Positions 41,849 to 55,701 of a stretch of 64,000 nucleotides of DNA are shown in pieces. This stretch comes from an uncultured Gemmatimonadales bacterium (GTDB lineage: Bacteria > Gemmatimonadota > Gemmatimonadetes > Gemmatimonadales > GWC2-71-9), in contig CAWJMT010000003.1 in the NCBI GenBank assembly GCA_963844035.1, positions 320,001 to 384,000 on the forward strand, given 5' to 3'. The notes below the pieces were generated by a model that worked only from the letters and a program-made list of their open reading frames with translations, searched no databases and had not been told where the DNA came from. The translations under genes and the position numbers were made by a program. The first letter of the stretch is position 1. Every line of letters starts with the position of its first letter.

Positions 41849-43987
41849 CTAGCGCAGCGCGGCGGTGGCGTGTTCCACGGCGTCGCGGGCCAGGTGGATG
41901 TGGCCCACGAGGTCGCCCATCTCGCGGTCGGTGGTCGTCGCGTCCGCGTAGCGGATCGCCTCCAGGACCGAAGGATACGCCATCGTCGAGTAGCCGTTGT
42001 CGATGTCGGACGCGAACAGCAGGCTGCGAGACCACGGACGCCCGACGAGGCCCTGCGATCGGGTCAAGCGGCGCTCCACCTGCATCAGCCAGCGATTTGC
42101 CTGGGCGGTACGCGCGGGATCGACGCCGACGGCCAGCGCGCTGTCCCGCGCGATGTTGAACGCGTCGCCCGCGTAGGTGAAGTCCACCAGCGCCTGCCAC
42201 AAGGCGGTGGTCGAGATGTTCCAGCGCCGCGCCGCGATCCCGACGTCGATCTGCGCGGCGAGCGACATCATTTCCATCCCGAACGCCTGATAGTCAAACG
42301 GCAGGATGTCGGCGTTCGCGAGCCGCGACAGCGCGATCGTGACGAGCTGGGACACCGCGCGGTGTTCCCGGTATCCGGGATCTCCGAACCGCGTCATCCA
42401 CTCGTAGGAGTCGTACATCGAGTGGTAGACGCCGCTCGGACCTCCCAGGGCGAGCGTCCCGGAGGGCACCCCGATGTTGTGGCTGAACGGGCTGAAGTCG
42501 GAGCCGCCGCCGAGGTTTTCGAGCCGGAGGCCCAGCGTGTCGCCGCCGGCTCTGGCGAGCCATGCATCGTAGATTGTCCCAACGCCCCGGGGATCGGGGA
42601 CCGCGCGGGTCACTTCGCGCAAGAAGGGCTTGATCGAGGGCGAGCCGGCGCCGGCGAAGCGTAGTCCGCTGGCGACGTCGTCTTCGTTGATGTACGCCAC
42701 GACGTGCGTCCGAACAGAATCCTCCTGCTCCTCCACCCACTCGGTGGAGCCCATCAACCCCCACTCCTCGGCATCCCACGTGACGAACAGCAGCGTGCGC
42801 GCGGGTCGGATGCCGTCGCGTGCCAACTCGGCGAAGGCGCGGGCCGACTCGAGCACCGAAACCGTCCCGCTGACGTTGTCCGCGGCGCCAGGAGACCACG
42901 CATCGCGATGGGCGCCCACGACGACCCATTCGTCGGGGTAGGTACTGCCGCGGATGATCGCGAAGGTATTCCAGATGGGATGGTACGCCAGCGCTCCGCG
43001 CTGCATCTTCACCCGAAGGCGGGCACGCGCCGGCCCCGGGCCGACGTGATAATGCAGCCCCATGCCGCCCTGCCATCCTTCCGGGGCGGACGGTCCTCCC
43101 AGTCTGGCGAAGATCCGTTCCGCGTTCCCGTAGCCGATTGGCAGCACCGGGATCCGCGGCAGGGCGAGCGACTCCACCGGGACGCGGGGCGCGCCGGCGA
43201 CCGACGGGTAACCGGGCGTCGTCGGATCCCCGTTCCGGTTCAGGATGCTCCCGCGCTGAATCCCTCCGGCGGGCCGCATCGGTCCGCGCGGATAGATGTC
43301 GCCGTGGAAGTACCCATCGTCCTGCGGATCCGAATAGAGGATGAGCCCGATCGCGCCGCGGCGCTCAGCCTCGCGCGCCTTGATTCCCCGGAACGAATAG
43401 CCGTAGCGCGCGATCGCGATTCTGCCGCGGACGCTCACACCGAGCGAGTCGAGCATCCGGTAGTCCTTCTCGAGCCCGTAGTTCACGTTCACCACGGGGG
43501 CAGTCACGTCACCGTCGGCGCTGTAGGCGTTGAACGTTGGCACCTGGGGACCGAGGCTGGTCGGATCGCCCGCCACCGGCGGTTCGGCGAGCTTCAGGCG
43601 CTCGGCCGGCACACCGCGCTTCTGGTACACCCACGCCGCGACGATCTCGGGTTGCGGCAGGTACACCGAGTACTCCTTGACCCAGGTCTCGAGACCCCAG
43701 GACTGGAGCTTGCCGATCACGTAGTCGCGGGTGTCCGCCTGTGCATGCGTTCCCGCCATGTGGGGACGGGCGCTCAAGTCCCGCGTCATGAGGCGCGGGT
43801 TCGCTGTGTCGGCCAGCGCCAGCAGGCGCTGCTCGAGGGTCGCCTGAACCGCCGCCGAGGGAGGGGAAAACCCCATCTGCGCGCTTACCCGGCCGTACGG
43901 AATGGTCGCGAGGGCGATCAGCGCGGTCGCGCGGATGGCCAAGGGCGTCGGGATGCGGGTGGAGGCGGTGAGCACGTGGCGGCGCAA
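41849..43987 (-). CDS. M28 family peptidase (glutamate carboxypeptidase II-like, PA and TfR-dimer domains), exported
   Basis: IARYG, LYSDP, QRGS, GAHRDAW, GAADNVSG, WDAEEWGLMGSTEW, YHSMYD. The true start may be GTG 43975. Confidence 0.9.
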   Translation of the reverse strand: MRRHVLTASTRIPTPLAIRATALIALATIPYGRVSAQMGFSPPSAAVQATLEQRLLALADTANPRLMTRDLSARPHMAGTHAQADTRDYVIGKLQSWGLETWVKEYSVYLPQPEIVAAWVYQKRGVPAERLKLAEPPVAGDPTSLGPQVPTFNAYSADGDVTAPVVNVNYGLEKDYRMLDSLGVSVRGRIAIARYGYSFRGIKAREAERRGAIGLILYSDPQDDGYFHGDIYPRGPMRPAGGIQRGSILNRNGDPTTPGYPSVAGAPRVPVESLALPRIPVLPIGYGNAERIFARLGGPSAPEGWQGGMGLHYHVGPGPARARLRVKMQRGALAYHPIWNTFAIIRGSTYPDEWVVVGAHRDAWSPGAADNVSGTVSVLESARAFAELARDGIRPARTLLFVTWDAEEWGLMGSTEWVEEQEDSVRTHVVAYINEDDVASGLRFAGAGSPSIKPFLREVTRAVPDPRGVGTIYDAWLARAGGDTLGLRLENLGGGSDFSPFSHNIGVPSGTLALGGPSGVYHSMYDSYEWMTRFGDPGYREHRAVSQLVTIALSRLANADILPFDYQAFGMEMMSLAAQIDVGIAARRWNISTTALWQALVDFTYAGDAFNIARDSALAVGVDPARTAQANRWLMQVERRLTRSQGLVGRPWSRSLLFASDIDNGYSTMAYPSVLEAIRYADATTTDREMGDLVGHIHLARDAVEHATAALR

Positions 43988-44083
43988 GTTAGCGGCCCAT
44001 CACGACCCTCGGCTAGTGGAGCGGCGGGGGCCGGTTTGCGCCTGGCGCGACGCACCGCGAAATTGGAGCCAAGTGTCGACCTC

Positions 44084-46022
44084 ATGACCCTCCCGAACCT
44101 CACCCTGCCGTCGCCTGCCCCCGGTCGCTGGTCCAGTGTCCGCACCCTGCTTGTCGCGATGTTCACTATCGCGGCGCTCTACGGCGGCACACTGCCGGTA
44201 TATCTGTTCTTCCGGATACGCGGAGCCGCGTCGGAGTTGGCGCAGGGCACCGAGGCGGTGGTGCCGCTGCTCGCCGACCTGGCTCGCCGTGTAGACCTGG
44301 TGGATCGCACCCGGCACGCGACCGAGCGCGCCGTCGAACATCGAACACGCGCTCAGCCGGGCGCTGGTGGATAGCCTGAGGCAGCTCATGGAGAGCGACT
44401 CTGCCGTGGCACGGGCGCACCAGCTTCGGGGTGCTCCCTCCGCCCTGATCCGTGAGTTCGCCCGCGCCGATTCGCAGCTGTCCCAGACCGCCGCAGCGCT
44501 CACGGCCACGGCGGCCCTGATTGAGGGCCGGCGGTGGTCTGCCGCGGCCGCGCACCTGCGGGTGATCGACTCACTCGATGCCGTCGCCGACCGGCAGGGC
44601 CTGCTGGTCGCGTCGATCGCGCGCCGTGACCTGCTGGCGCGGCAGCAGGCGGTCGAGGCGGTGACCGAGGAAGTGCTGCGCGACTCGGTTTCCTGGCTGG
44701 CGCTTGGCCTGGTGCTGCTGTGGCTCGGTGTGATCACCGTCCGCCGGAGGATTCTGCGCCCCCTGAGCGCGCTCGAGACCGGATTGGCGCGTGTGTCCGA
44801 CGGAGAACTGCACACGCAGGTGCGGGTCGAGGGTTCGGATGAGATCGGGCGGCTCGGGACGCATTTCAACGACATGACCCAGGTGCTGCTCGGCCGCGCC
44901 GAGGAGCAGGGACGCTTCACCGCGGCCGGCCAGCTGTTGGCGGACGTTGCGCACGAGGTCGGCAATCCCCTGATGGCGATCGCCGCACTGGCGGAGAGCC
45001 GCCTCGGCGATTCCGCCGTGCCTCCCGGCCAGCGGGACGAGATGCAGCAGATCCTCCAGCAGGCGCAACGGGCGACCAAGCTGCTGCGGGGCCTGCTCCG
45101 GTTTGTCCGTCCCACCCAGCGGCAGGTGAGCACACTCAACCTGAACGACGTGGTGCGCGGAGCACTCGACGTCGTCGCCTACCGCTTCGGGGTGGACGAG
45201 ATCACGGTCGACAGCCGGCTCGATCCGGGTTTGCCATCCGTCCGCGGTGACGCGGGCGCGCTGGAGCAGATGGTCGTGAATCTGCTCTCGAACGCGATCG
45301 ACGCGCTGCGGACCATCAAACCACCACGCAACCTCACCGTGACGACCTGGGAGGTGGCGGGCAACGTCGCGCTGTCCGTCGCGGACAATGGGCCCGGTGT
45401 CGCTCCCGCCCTCCGCAGCCGCCTGTTTCGCCCGTTCGCCAGCACCAAGGGGCGGCGCGGCGCCGGCCTCGGCCTCTATATCTCTCGCCAGATTCTGCGG
45501 GACGCCGGGGGCGACCTGGTGTTCCACGTCGGTCAGGGAGTGGAGACGCTGTTTGTGGCGACCCTCCCGGTCGCCGCCGCGGCGGAGCCGGCTCCGCCGA
45601 GTCCTGCCGCGCCGGCAGCGGCGGCGGCATTGCGGCGGCTCGCCGGAGTACGCATCCTGCTGGTCGACGATGAGGAAGTGGTGCGGCGTCCCATGGCCAG
45701 GTTCTTGAACCGCAGGGGCGCCCAGGTCTTCGAGGCGGGGGATGGGATGCAGGCGCTCGCGCTGCTCGACGGCCAGCCGGTGGACGTCATCCTGGCCGAT
45801 CTGCGGATGCCGCGAATGAGCGGGATGGACCTGTTTGCGGCGCTGGAAACCGACCGGCCGCAGCTCGCCGCCCGGGTGCTGTTCTTGTCGGGGGACATAT
45901 CCCAGCTCGGCGCGCCGGGCAGCACCCCGCTTCCGGAGGAGCGGGTCTTCGTGAAGCCGGTCGAGCTCGCCGAGCTGGAACGGCGGATCGCCGAGTTCGT
46001 GGCGTCGGGTCAGCCGACGTAG
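44084..46022 (+). CDS. Hybrid sensor histidine kinase (TM-HAMP-HisKA-HATPase-receiver; frameshift ~44350)
   Basis: DEIGRLGTHFNDM (HAMP), AHEVGNPL (H-box), NLLSNAIDA, DNGPGV, GAGLGL. Receiver motifs LVDDE, DLRMP and KP. Confidence 0.9.
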
Positions 46023-46061
46023 GTGGCACGCGGCCGGCCGCTGGGGTAGGATGGAGGAAGT

Positions 46062-46334
46062 ATGCTGATCGTCGTCGTGTTGCTCAGCACGGTCCTGCTG
46101 CGACTGGCGATAGTGGTGGCGGTCGTCTATCGGCTGCTGCCTCCCGGCCCGCTCTGTCCGCACTGCCGTGTCGAGATGGTTCCGATCCGGAATCGTTTCA
46201 TCGACCGGCTGCTGCCGATCGTGCAACGGCGCTGGTGTCTCGAGTGCGGCTGGAATGGGATCGTGCGCCGCATCCGGGCCAAGCCCAGCCACACACCCGC
46301 GCCGCGCAGCACACCCCGCCCGACGCCCGAGTAA
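46062..46334 (+). CDS. Small membrane-anchored Zn-finger-like hypothetical protein
   Basis: GGAGG SD, a hydrophobic N-terminus, and CPHC...CLEC motifs. Confidence 0.6.
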   Translation: MLIVVVLLSTVLLRLAIVVAVVYRLLPPGPLCPHCRVEMVPIRNRFIDRLLPIVQRRWCLECGWNGIVRRIRAKPSHTPAPRSTPRPTPE

Positions 46335-46373
46335 GTTTAGTTCCATTCGCGCCCACACTTCTCCGGAGCCCCC

Positions 46374-47052
46374 ATGCGCCGACGCGTAAGCTTCGTGCGC
46401 TCGTTGATCGGCAAGAAGATCATCATGGCCGTGACCGGGCTGGTCCTGTTCCTGTTCGTCGTCGCTCACCTGCTCGGGAACCTCAAGGTGTTCGAGGGCC
46501 CGCAGAAGTTCGATGCCTATGCTGAGGGCCTGCGCACCGTTGGGGCGCCATTTTTCGGGCGCGCGCAGATCCTGTGGGGTCTGCGGGTCGCGCTCCTCCT
46601 GTCCGTGGCTGCACACCTCTGGGCGGCGCTGGCGGTCACCCGTGCGAGTTGGCAGGCACGCCCGGTGGGCTACCGCACTCTCGAAACCAGCGAGACGACC
46701 TATGCGGCGCGCAGCATGCGCTGGGGGGGCATCGTCATTGCCTGCTACGTCGTCTACCACCTGCTCGACCTCACGTTCGGCCCGGCCAACCCCAGCTTCA
46801 TTCCCGGCGACGCCTATCACAATCTCGTCGCCAGCCTCGCGCGCGCCGCCCATTGCCGCCGCGTACGTCGTGGCTGTGGTCGCGGTCGCGCTCCACATCT
46901 ATCACGGCCTCTGGAGCGCCCTGCAAACGTTGGGGGTGAACCGGCCGCCGACCTCGGGGTGGCGGCGCGGCGTTGCGGCCGCCGTCGCCGTCGCGATCGG
47001 CGGCGGCTACATCGCGATCGCGGTCGCCGTGCTCGCGGGGGTGGTGCGGTGA
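46374..47052 (+). CDS. sdhC: Succinate dehydrogenase cytochrome b subunit (frameshift ~46840)
   Basis: [39 protein letters not shown]. Confidence 0.9.
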
Positions 47053-47054
47053 GC

Positions 47055-48968
47055 ATGAACCTGGACGCGAGGATCCCCGAGGGCCCGCTCGACGAGAAGT
47101 GGCGGCGGCACCGCGCGGCGGTGCGGCTGGTCGCTCCCGCGAACAAGCCCAAGTACCACGTCATCGTGGTCGGGTCGGGTCTCGCCGGTGCGTCCGCCGC
47201 CGCCTCGCTCGCCGAGCTCGGGTACCGGGTGTCCTGCTTTTGCTTTCAGGATTCGCCCCGGCGCGCGCACTCGATCGCCGCGCAGGGCGGCATCAATGCC
47301 GCCAAGAACTACCAGAACGACGGCGACTCGGTGTTCCGTCTGTTCGCCGACACGATCAAGGGCGGCGATTTCCGCTCGCGCGAAGCCAATGTGTATCGCC
47401 TGGCGGAAATCAGCGCGAGCATCATCGACCAGTGCGTGGGCCAGGGCGTGCCGTTCGCGCGGGAGTACGGCGGGCGTGCTGGCGAACCGCTCGTTTGGCG
47501 GCGTGCAGGTCTCACGCACGTTTTACGCTCGGGGCCAGACCGGCCAGCAGTTGCTGCTGGGCGCGTACCAGGCGCTGGAGCGGCAGATCGGGCGCGGCGC
47601 GGTAAAGATGTACGCGCGGCATGAGATGCTCGATCTCGTGGTAGTGAACGGCGCGGCGCGCGGCATCATCGTGCGGGATCTCGTCACCGGGCGGCTCGAC
47701 GCCCATGTGGCGGATGCCGTGGTCCTCGCCACGGGGGGCTACAGCAACATCTTCTATCTCTCGACCAACGCCAAGGGTTGCAACGTCACCGCCATCTGGC
47801 GCGCTCACAAACGCGGGGCGGCGTTCGCCAACCCCTGCTTCACGCAGATTCACCCGACCTGTATCCCCGCGTCCGGCGAACACCAGTCGAAGCTCACGCT
47901 GATGAGCGAGTCGTTGCGCAACGACGGGCGGATCTGGGTGCCGCAGGGCCAGGGGGACGCGCGCCCCGCCGCGGAGATCCCCGAGGCGGAGCGGGACTAC
48001 TTCCTCGAGCGGCTGTATCCGAGCTACGGCAACCTCGTGCCTCGCGACGTCGCATCGCGCCGCGCCAAGGACATGTGCGACCAGGGACGGGGCGTCGGTG
48101 CGGGCGGGCACGGCGTGTATCTCGATCTGAGCCGGGCGATCGAGCATAACGGCCGGGACGTGATCGCGGAGCGCTACGGCAACCTGTTCGACATGTACGA
48201 GCGAATCACGGCGGAAGATCCGTTCCGGGTGCCGATGCGCATCTATCCCGCGCCCCACTACACGATGGGCGGCCTGTGGGTGGACTACAACCTGATGACC
48301 ACCATCCGGGGGCTGTACGCCATCGGCGAGGCGAATTTCTCCGACCATGGCGCGAACCGGCTCGGGGCGAGCGCGCTGATGCAGGGTCTGGCCGACGGCT
48401 ACTTCATTCTCCCCAACACCATCGGCGACTACCTCGCGCAGACGCGTCTCGAGCCGGTCGACGCGGCTCATGCCGCCGTGCGCGAGACGCAGCGCGAGGT
48501 GGACGCGCGCGTACAGCAGCTACTCGCCGTGCGCGGCCGGCGCAGCGCTGACCAGCTTCACCGCCAACTCGGCCGGGTGATGTGGGACCACTGTGGCATG
48601 TCCCGCAGCGCCGGCGGCCTGCGGGGCGCCGCCGAGCGGGTCGCCGCGCTACGCCGGGAGTTCTGGCAGGACCTCTGCGTCACCGGAAGCAGCGCCGACA
48701 TGAACCAGGCGCTCGAGCACGCGGGCCGGGTGGCGGATTTCATGGAGTTCGCCGAGCTGATGTGCCAGGATGCGCTGCACCGCGAGGAATCGTGCGGCTG
48801 CCACTTCCGCGAGGAGTTCCAGACGCCCGAGGGGGAAGCCCGCCGCGACGACGCCCGGTTTGCCTACGTGGCGGCGTGGGCGTTCACCGGGGTGGGAAGC
48901 CCGGCCGAGCTCCACAAGGAGCCGCTCGCCTTTGAGGCCGTTCACCCTTCCGAACGGAGTTACAAGTA

Positions 48969-48969
<1 letters not shown>
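47055..48969 (+). CDS. sdhA: Succinate dehydrogenase/fumarate reductase flavoprotein subunit (frameshift ~47470)
   Basis: [22 protein letters not shown] (FAD-linked His), [30 protein letters not shown]. Confidence 0.93.
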
Positions 48970-51184
<2,215 letters not shown>

Positions 51185-51202
51185 GCACGGGCTCCGAACC
51201 GC

Positions 51203-53018
51203 TCAGTTCTTCCCTGTCGCGCCACCAGCCAGCCCTTGCCAGACTTTGGTCTGCTTGGCGGTGGGCGTGGCGGTACGCGACAGCGAGAACGACGTCGAGG
51301 TGTGCTCCTGCACCTTGGTGGTGAGCGCCACCGTTTGATTGCCGCGCCGTACCGTGATGGCGAGCGGCGCGCCCGCCTGGCCCTGATAGCGGCGGCGGAA
51401 GGCTCCGCTCCAATCGTCCGCGCCTTGCACATCGATGTCGCCGATCTTGAGCAGCACGTCCCCCGCGGCGACGCCCGCGAGCTGCGCCGCGCTGCCGGGC
51501 TCGACCAGCTCCACGACCCACCGGCCGTCATCCGAGGGTGGGGCCACGACGCCCATGAACGGCACGCTGGTGACGGTCTTGGCGACGCTGATCCCTGCCT
51601 TGGGAAAGACCGTCTCGTACGGTAGCGGGTCCCGCCCGTTGATGTAGCGCTGATAGAAGTCGTCCACGTCGGGCATCCCGAACTCCCGCAGCAGTGCGAG
51701 CAGCTGCTCCGTCGTGAATCCCTTCCCCTTCTGATAGTGACGGGTATAGAGGGCGCGCATCACGTCGTCGAGGCTGTGGACGTTGTCGGTCGCATCGCGG
51801 ATGCTGATGTCGAGGAGCATGCCGGTGAGCGCGCCCTTCGGGTAGTACAATTGCGAGCTGTTGACGAATACCTCGTCGATCCACGTCGCCACACTCCCGT
51901 CTTCTTCGCTCCACGGCTCCGGCGCGTCCTCGACCTGCTGAATATCCGAAGTGGTGTTGTGGAGGAACGCTTCGTCGGACCAGATGCCCGACCGGAGATT
52001 CGTGATGTCGGCGTAGTAGTCGGTCACGCCTTCCGACCACCACAGCAGCGGGGTGTATTGCTCGGCCGCATAGTCGTAGGGCCACATCGTCGCGGGCCGC
52101 ACGCGCTTCACGTTCCAGAGATGGAAATATTCGTGCGCCAGGAGCGGCGCCATGAAATCGCCCAGATTGCCCACCGGGTCCGCAAACGCCATCACCGGCA
52201 TGATGTCGTACTGCGAGGCGCTGTGCTCCAGCCCGCCGCCGAAGCTGATCGGATCCCGAATGACGTTGAAGAACACGGTATAGGTGTCGTAGGGCGGGCC
52301 GCCCATCAGCCGGTCCTGCGTCTGGGCGATCTTGCTGAGCGCACTCCGCATGTTGCGCGCGACTGCGGGCGTATAGAAGTCCCCGGGCCAGAGCGCGATC
52401 CGGATCCACTTCCCCTCGACCTTGATCGAGTCGACGCTGTATTTCCCCACGAACGTCTGGGCGTCCGCCAGCTCGTGATAGTCGGCGGCGGTATACACGC
52501 CCCCGCCCGATGCCTTGAGGGCGGTCGTCACCTGCCACCCGGCCGGGAGCGCAAAGCGCACCTCGGCCGCGCGATCGAGCTTGCCGGGCTCGTACAGGAA
52601 CAGGTTGGTGCCCGAGGAACTGCCCGAAATCAGTGGTGAGCCGCGCCAGCGAGAGGTCGATCGTGTCGGCGAGATAGTCGAAGGTCACCGTCACGCGATC
52701 CTGGCTGCCCGTGGTCACGCGCCACGTCCGTTTGTCGGATCGGTCCCAGAACAACGTCTGACCGGATGACGTGGTCGCGGCAAAATGTCTGACGTAGCGG
52801 GCGTAGTTCTGGATCTCGTAGTTGCCGGGACTCCAGGCGGGGAGCGACACGTAGAGTGTGTCCTTGCCGCTGGTTGGGAACTCGGCCTTCACGTGAAAGA
52901 GGTGGGCGCTCGACGCCGCCACGGAGACCTCGTAGCGCACGGTCTGCGCTTCCAGGGGCACAGCGAGCACACCAACCAGCGAGACGGCGAGCGTGACAGG
53001 GGACCGACCGAACCGCAT
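51203..53018 (-). CDS. M61 family metallopeptidase with PDZ domain, exported (frameshift ~52615)
   Basis: Signal peptide, PAWSPGNY, GGLEH, AHEYFHLWNVKR, LWWSEGVTDYY, YYPKG, and a C-terminal PDZ domain. Confidence 0.9.
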
Positions 53019-53039
53019 GATGGGCTCTCCTCATAATGC

Positions 53040-53094
53040 GCGCGGCTCCGACGGAACCGCCGGAGCCGCAGGTGGTTACTGCGCGGAGCCGCGC
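53040..53094. other. Inverted-repeat structure with two alternative stems between the HU gene and the M61 gene
   Basis: GCGCGGCTCCG (53040-53050) is complementary to CGGAGCCGC (53061-53069) and to CGGAGCCGCGC (53084-53094). There is no U-tract. Confidence 0.55.
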
Positions 53095-53098
53095 CGTG

Positions 53099-53413
53099 CT
53101 AGGGGCTGACGCGTTCGCTCGCGTCCGCGACCATCGCGCGCAACTCCTTGCTGGGCTTGAAGACAGGGACCGGGCGGGCAGCAACCTCGACCGGATCACC
53201 AGTCCTCGGGTTGCGCGCCATGCGGGTCTTACGTTGGCGGATCTTGAACGTTCCAAACCCGCGTATCTCGATATTGTGCTGCTCGGCTAGGGCCGCCTTG
53301 ATGGCGTCCAGAAACGAGTCCACGACCCGGGCGCAGTCCTTTTTGGAAATGAGGGGACCCGCCGTCCGGGCTATCTGCGCGGTGACCTTTTCGACGAGAT
53401 CGGCCTTCGTCAT
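53099..53413 (-). CDS. HU/IHF family DNA-binding protein
   Basis: MTKADLVEKV, IEIRGFGTF, ARNPRTG, PVFKPSKEL. Confidence 0.95.
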   Translation of the reverse strand: MTKADLVEKVTAQIARTAGPLISKKDCARVVDSFLDAIKAALAEQHNIEIRGFGTFKIRQRKTRMARNPRTGDPVEVAARPVPVFKPSKELRAMVADASERVSP

Positions 53414-53456
53414 CCACTCCCCCTGAAGGGCTCCAAGGGTACCCAAGCCGGGGGAC

Positions 53457-53485
53457 ATCATACGGGCTTACCTATTGAGTGTCAA
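53457..53485 (-). promoter_or_regulatory. Near-consensus sigma70 promoter of the HU/IHF gene, overlapping the carA 3' end
   Basis: TTGACA (53485-53480)-17 bp-TATGAT (53462-53457). Confidence 0.8.
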
Positions 53486-54569
53486 GAGCTTGGAGGAACT
53501 GGCGGAAGTGTCCCTGTGCGTCATGGGGGCCCGGCGACGCTTCAGGGTGATACTGAACCGCGAAAATAGGGTATTCCCGATGCCGCACCCCTTCGACTGT
53601 ACCGTCATTGAGGTTAAGGTGCGTCACCTCAAGAGCCTTCGCACCCGGCACGCCCGGCCGTGTCTCCCTGGACGGCGAATCCATGGTTCTGTGACGTGAT
53701 AAGTACTTGCCCTGTAGAGAGATCGCGCACTGGATGGTTACCACCCCGGTGGCCATAGGGCAGCTTCACGGTCCGGCCTCCCAGCGCCAGCCCGAGCAGC
53801 TGGTGTCCCAGGCATATCCCAAAGATGGGGATCGTGCCATCGGCCAGGTTGCGGATGTTCTCGATGGCGTATCCCACCGCCGCGGGGTCACCCGGACCGT
53901 TCGAGAGGAAGATGCCGTTGGGCTCGAGCTCACGCACTCGCCCGGCCGGAGTCGCGGCCGGTACCACCGTAACCCGGCAGTCGTTCTCCAGGAATAACCG
54001 CAGGATGTTGCGCTTCATCCCGTAGTCGTAGGCGACCACGTGGTAGCGCGCGTTCGCTGGACCCTCGCTGTACTCCTTGTCGATGGTGGCACTGGTGGCC
54101 AGGTCGAGTCCATCCATCGACGGGCTTGCCGTCAGCGCCGCACGCGTCTCCGCCGTCGGCTCCACGCCGAGCGCCATGACGCCCCGCATCGCCCCACGCG
54201 AGCGGATATGGCGCGTGACCTGGCGCGTGTCCACGTCGGCGATGATGGGCACCTGGGCCGCCGCAAGCCATTCCCCCAACGCTCCCGTCGCCCGCCAGTT
54301 GGAGGGGGTGCGGGACAGTTCGCGGACCACCACGCCGGCCACGCGCGGCCGGTCGGATTCGATGTCGTCCGGATTGATCCCGTAGTTGCCGATCATCGGC
54401 GCCGTCATGACGACGAGCTGCCCGAGATAGGAGGGATCGGTGAAGACTTCCTGGTAGCCCGACAGGTTGGTTGTGAACACGACCTCGGCATACGCAGACT
54501 CAAACGGGAAGGGCGCGGTTCCGGGGAACCAGGCTCCATCCTCGAGGAGCACGTAGGCCGGAAGCGGAT
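53472..54569 (-). CDS. carA: Carbamoyl-phosphate synthase small subunit (frameshift ~53640; start probably damaged by an indel)
   Basis: [58 protein letters not shown]. Confidence 0.95.
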
Positions 54570-54935
54570 TACGGATTGGTCTTCGGGCTCGCCGGCTGGG
54601 GGGTGGGGGTCGCGGGCTCCGGAGAGGTCGGGAGCGGCAGGGGTTGCGCTCTGCACCGGTGCCGGCGCCTGGAGGCCGCCCTGCAGCACCGACGTTGGTG
54701 CCCGCGAGTGGGACGACATGATCGCCAGCGTCAGGGCGATCAGCAGGAAGACGGATGCGCAGTACCAGGTGACCTTGGTCAGCAGGGTGACCGCCTGCCG
54801 GCCGCCCATGAACACGTCCGTCCCGCCGCCGCCGCCCAGCGAGGCCAGGCCACCGCCCTGCCCCGCCTGCAACAACACGGCGGCGGTCAGCAGGATGGAG
54901 TCGATCACGAGCACGGCGAGCAAGAAGGTGTACAT
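54569..54935 (-). CDS. secG: Preprotein translocase subunit SecG (3' end frameshifted)
   Basis: [36 protein letters not shown]...LLTKVT. Conserved position after tpiA. Confidence 0.88.
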
Positions 54936-54944
54936 GGCGGGTGG

Positions 54945-54950
54945 AAAGTA
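54945..54950 (-). promoter_or_regulatory. Putative -10 box TACTTT 9 nt before the secG ATG
   Basis: Minus strand TACTTT-ccacccgcc-ATG, with no SD motif. Confidence 0.4.
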
Positions 54951-54951
54951 C

Positions 54952-55701
54952 TCAGGCGACGGGCGTCTGCACAAGCTGAGCCCAGGCGTCGGGATCGAGC
55001 GATGCGCCACCCACCAGCACGCCATCCAGCTCCCGTTCGGCCAAGAGCTCCGCAATGTTCTTGAGGTTGACGCTGCCGCCGTACAGCACGCGGGTGCGGG
55101 CCGCGCCGTGGCCTGTAAGCCACGAGCGAATCTCCCGATGCACGGCACTCGCGTCCTGAGGCGTCGCGTTCCGTCCCGTCCCGATCGCCCAAACCGGCTC
55201 GTAGGCGATGGTCACCTGATCGAGCGTTGCGCCGTCCATGCCGTCGAGCGCGCCCGCCAGCTGGCGCGTAACGACAGCGAGCGTCTGGCCTGCTTCCCGC
55301 TCGGCCAGCTTCTCGCCGACGCAGAGCATCGGCACGAGACCGCCGGCGAGCACCGCGGCCACCTTCTTGCGCGTGTCCGCATCGGTCTCGCCGAACACGT
55401 GGCGCCGCTCCGAGTGTCCGATCAGCGCCGCCTTGGCACCCGCCTGGGCCGCAATGGGCACCGAGATCGCCCCCGTGAACGCGCCCTTCGGCTCCCAGTA
55501 CACGTCCTGCGCGCCAACGCGGGCGTCGGCCCGGTCGCTCGTTGCCCGGACCGCGGCTTCGATGGACACTGCTGGGGGGAAGAACCAGACCTCGCGGCCC
55601 GGCTGGGGCCGGTGCCGGGTGTGAAATGTCTCGAAGTAGCTGCGCGCGTCGCTGGGACCGAGATGCATCTTCCAGTTAGCGGCGAATAGGAGCGGCCTCA
55701 C
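54952..55701 (-). CDS. tpiA: Triosephosphate isomerase
   Basis: [34 protein letters not shown]. Confidence 0.97.
   Translation of the reverse strand: MRPLLFAANWKMHLGPSDARSYFETFHTRHRPQPGREVWFFPPAVSIEAAVRATSDRADARVGAQDVYWEPKGAFTGAISVPIAAQAGAKAALIGHSERRHVFGETDADTRKKVAAVLAGGLVPMLCVGEKLAEREAGQTLAVVTRQLAGALDGMDGATLDQVTIAYEPVWAIGTGRNATPQDASAVHREIRSWLTGHGAARTRVLYGGSVNLKNIAELLAERELDGVLVGGASLDPDAWAQLVQTPVA

Noticed and set aside
53480..53830. Locally lower GC in the carA 3' region as foreign DNA
   Set aside because: It encodes conserved CarA motifs and contains the HU promoter. There are no mobility features.
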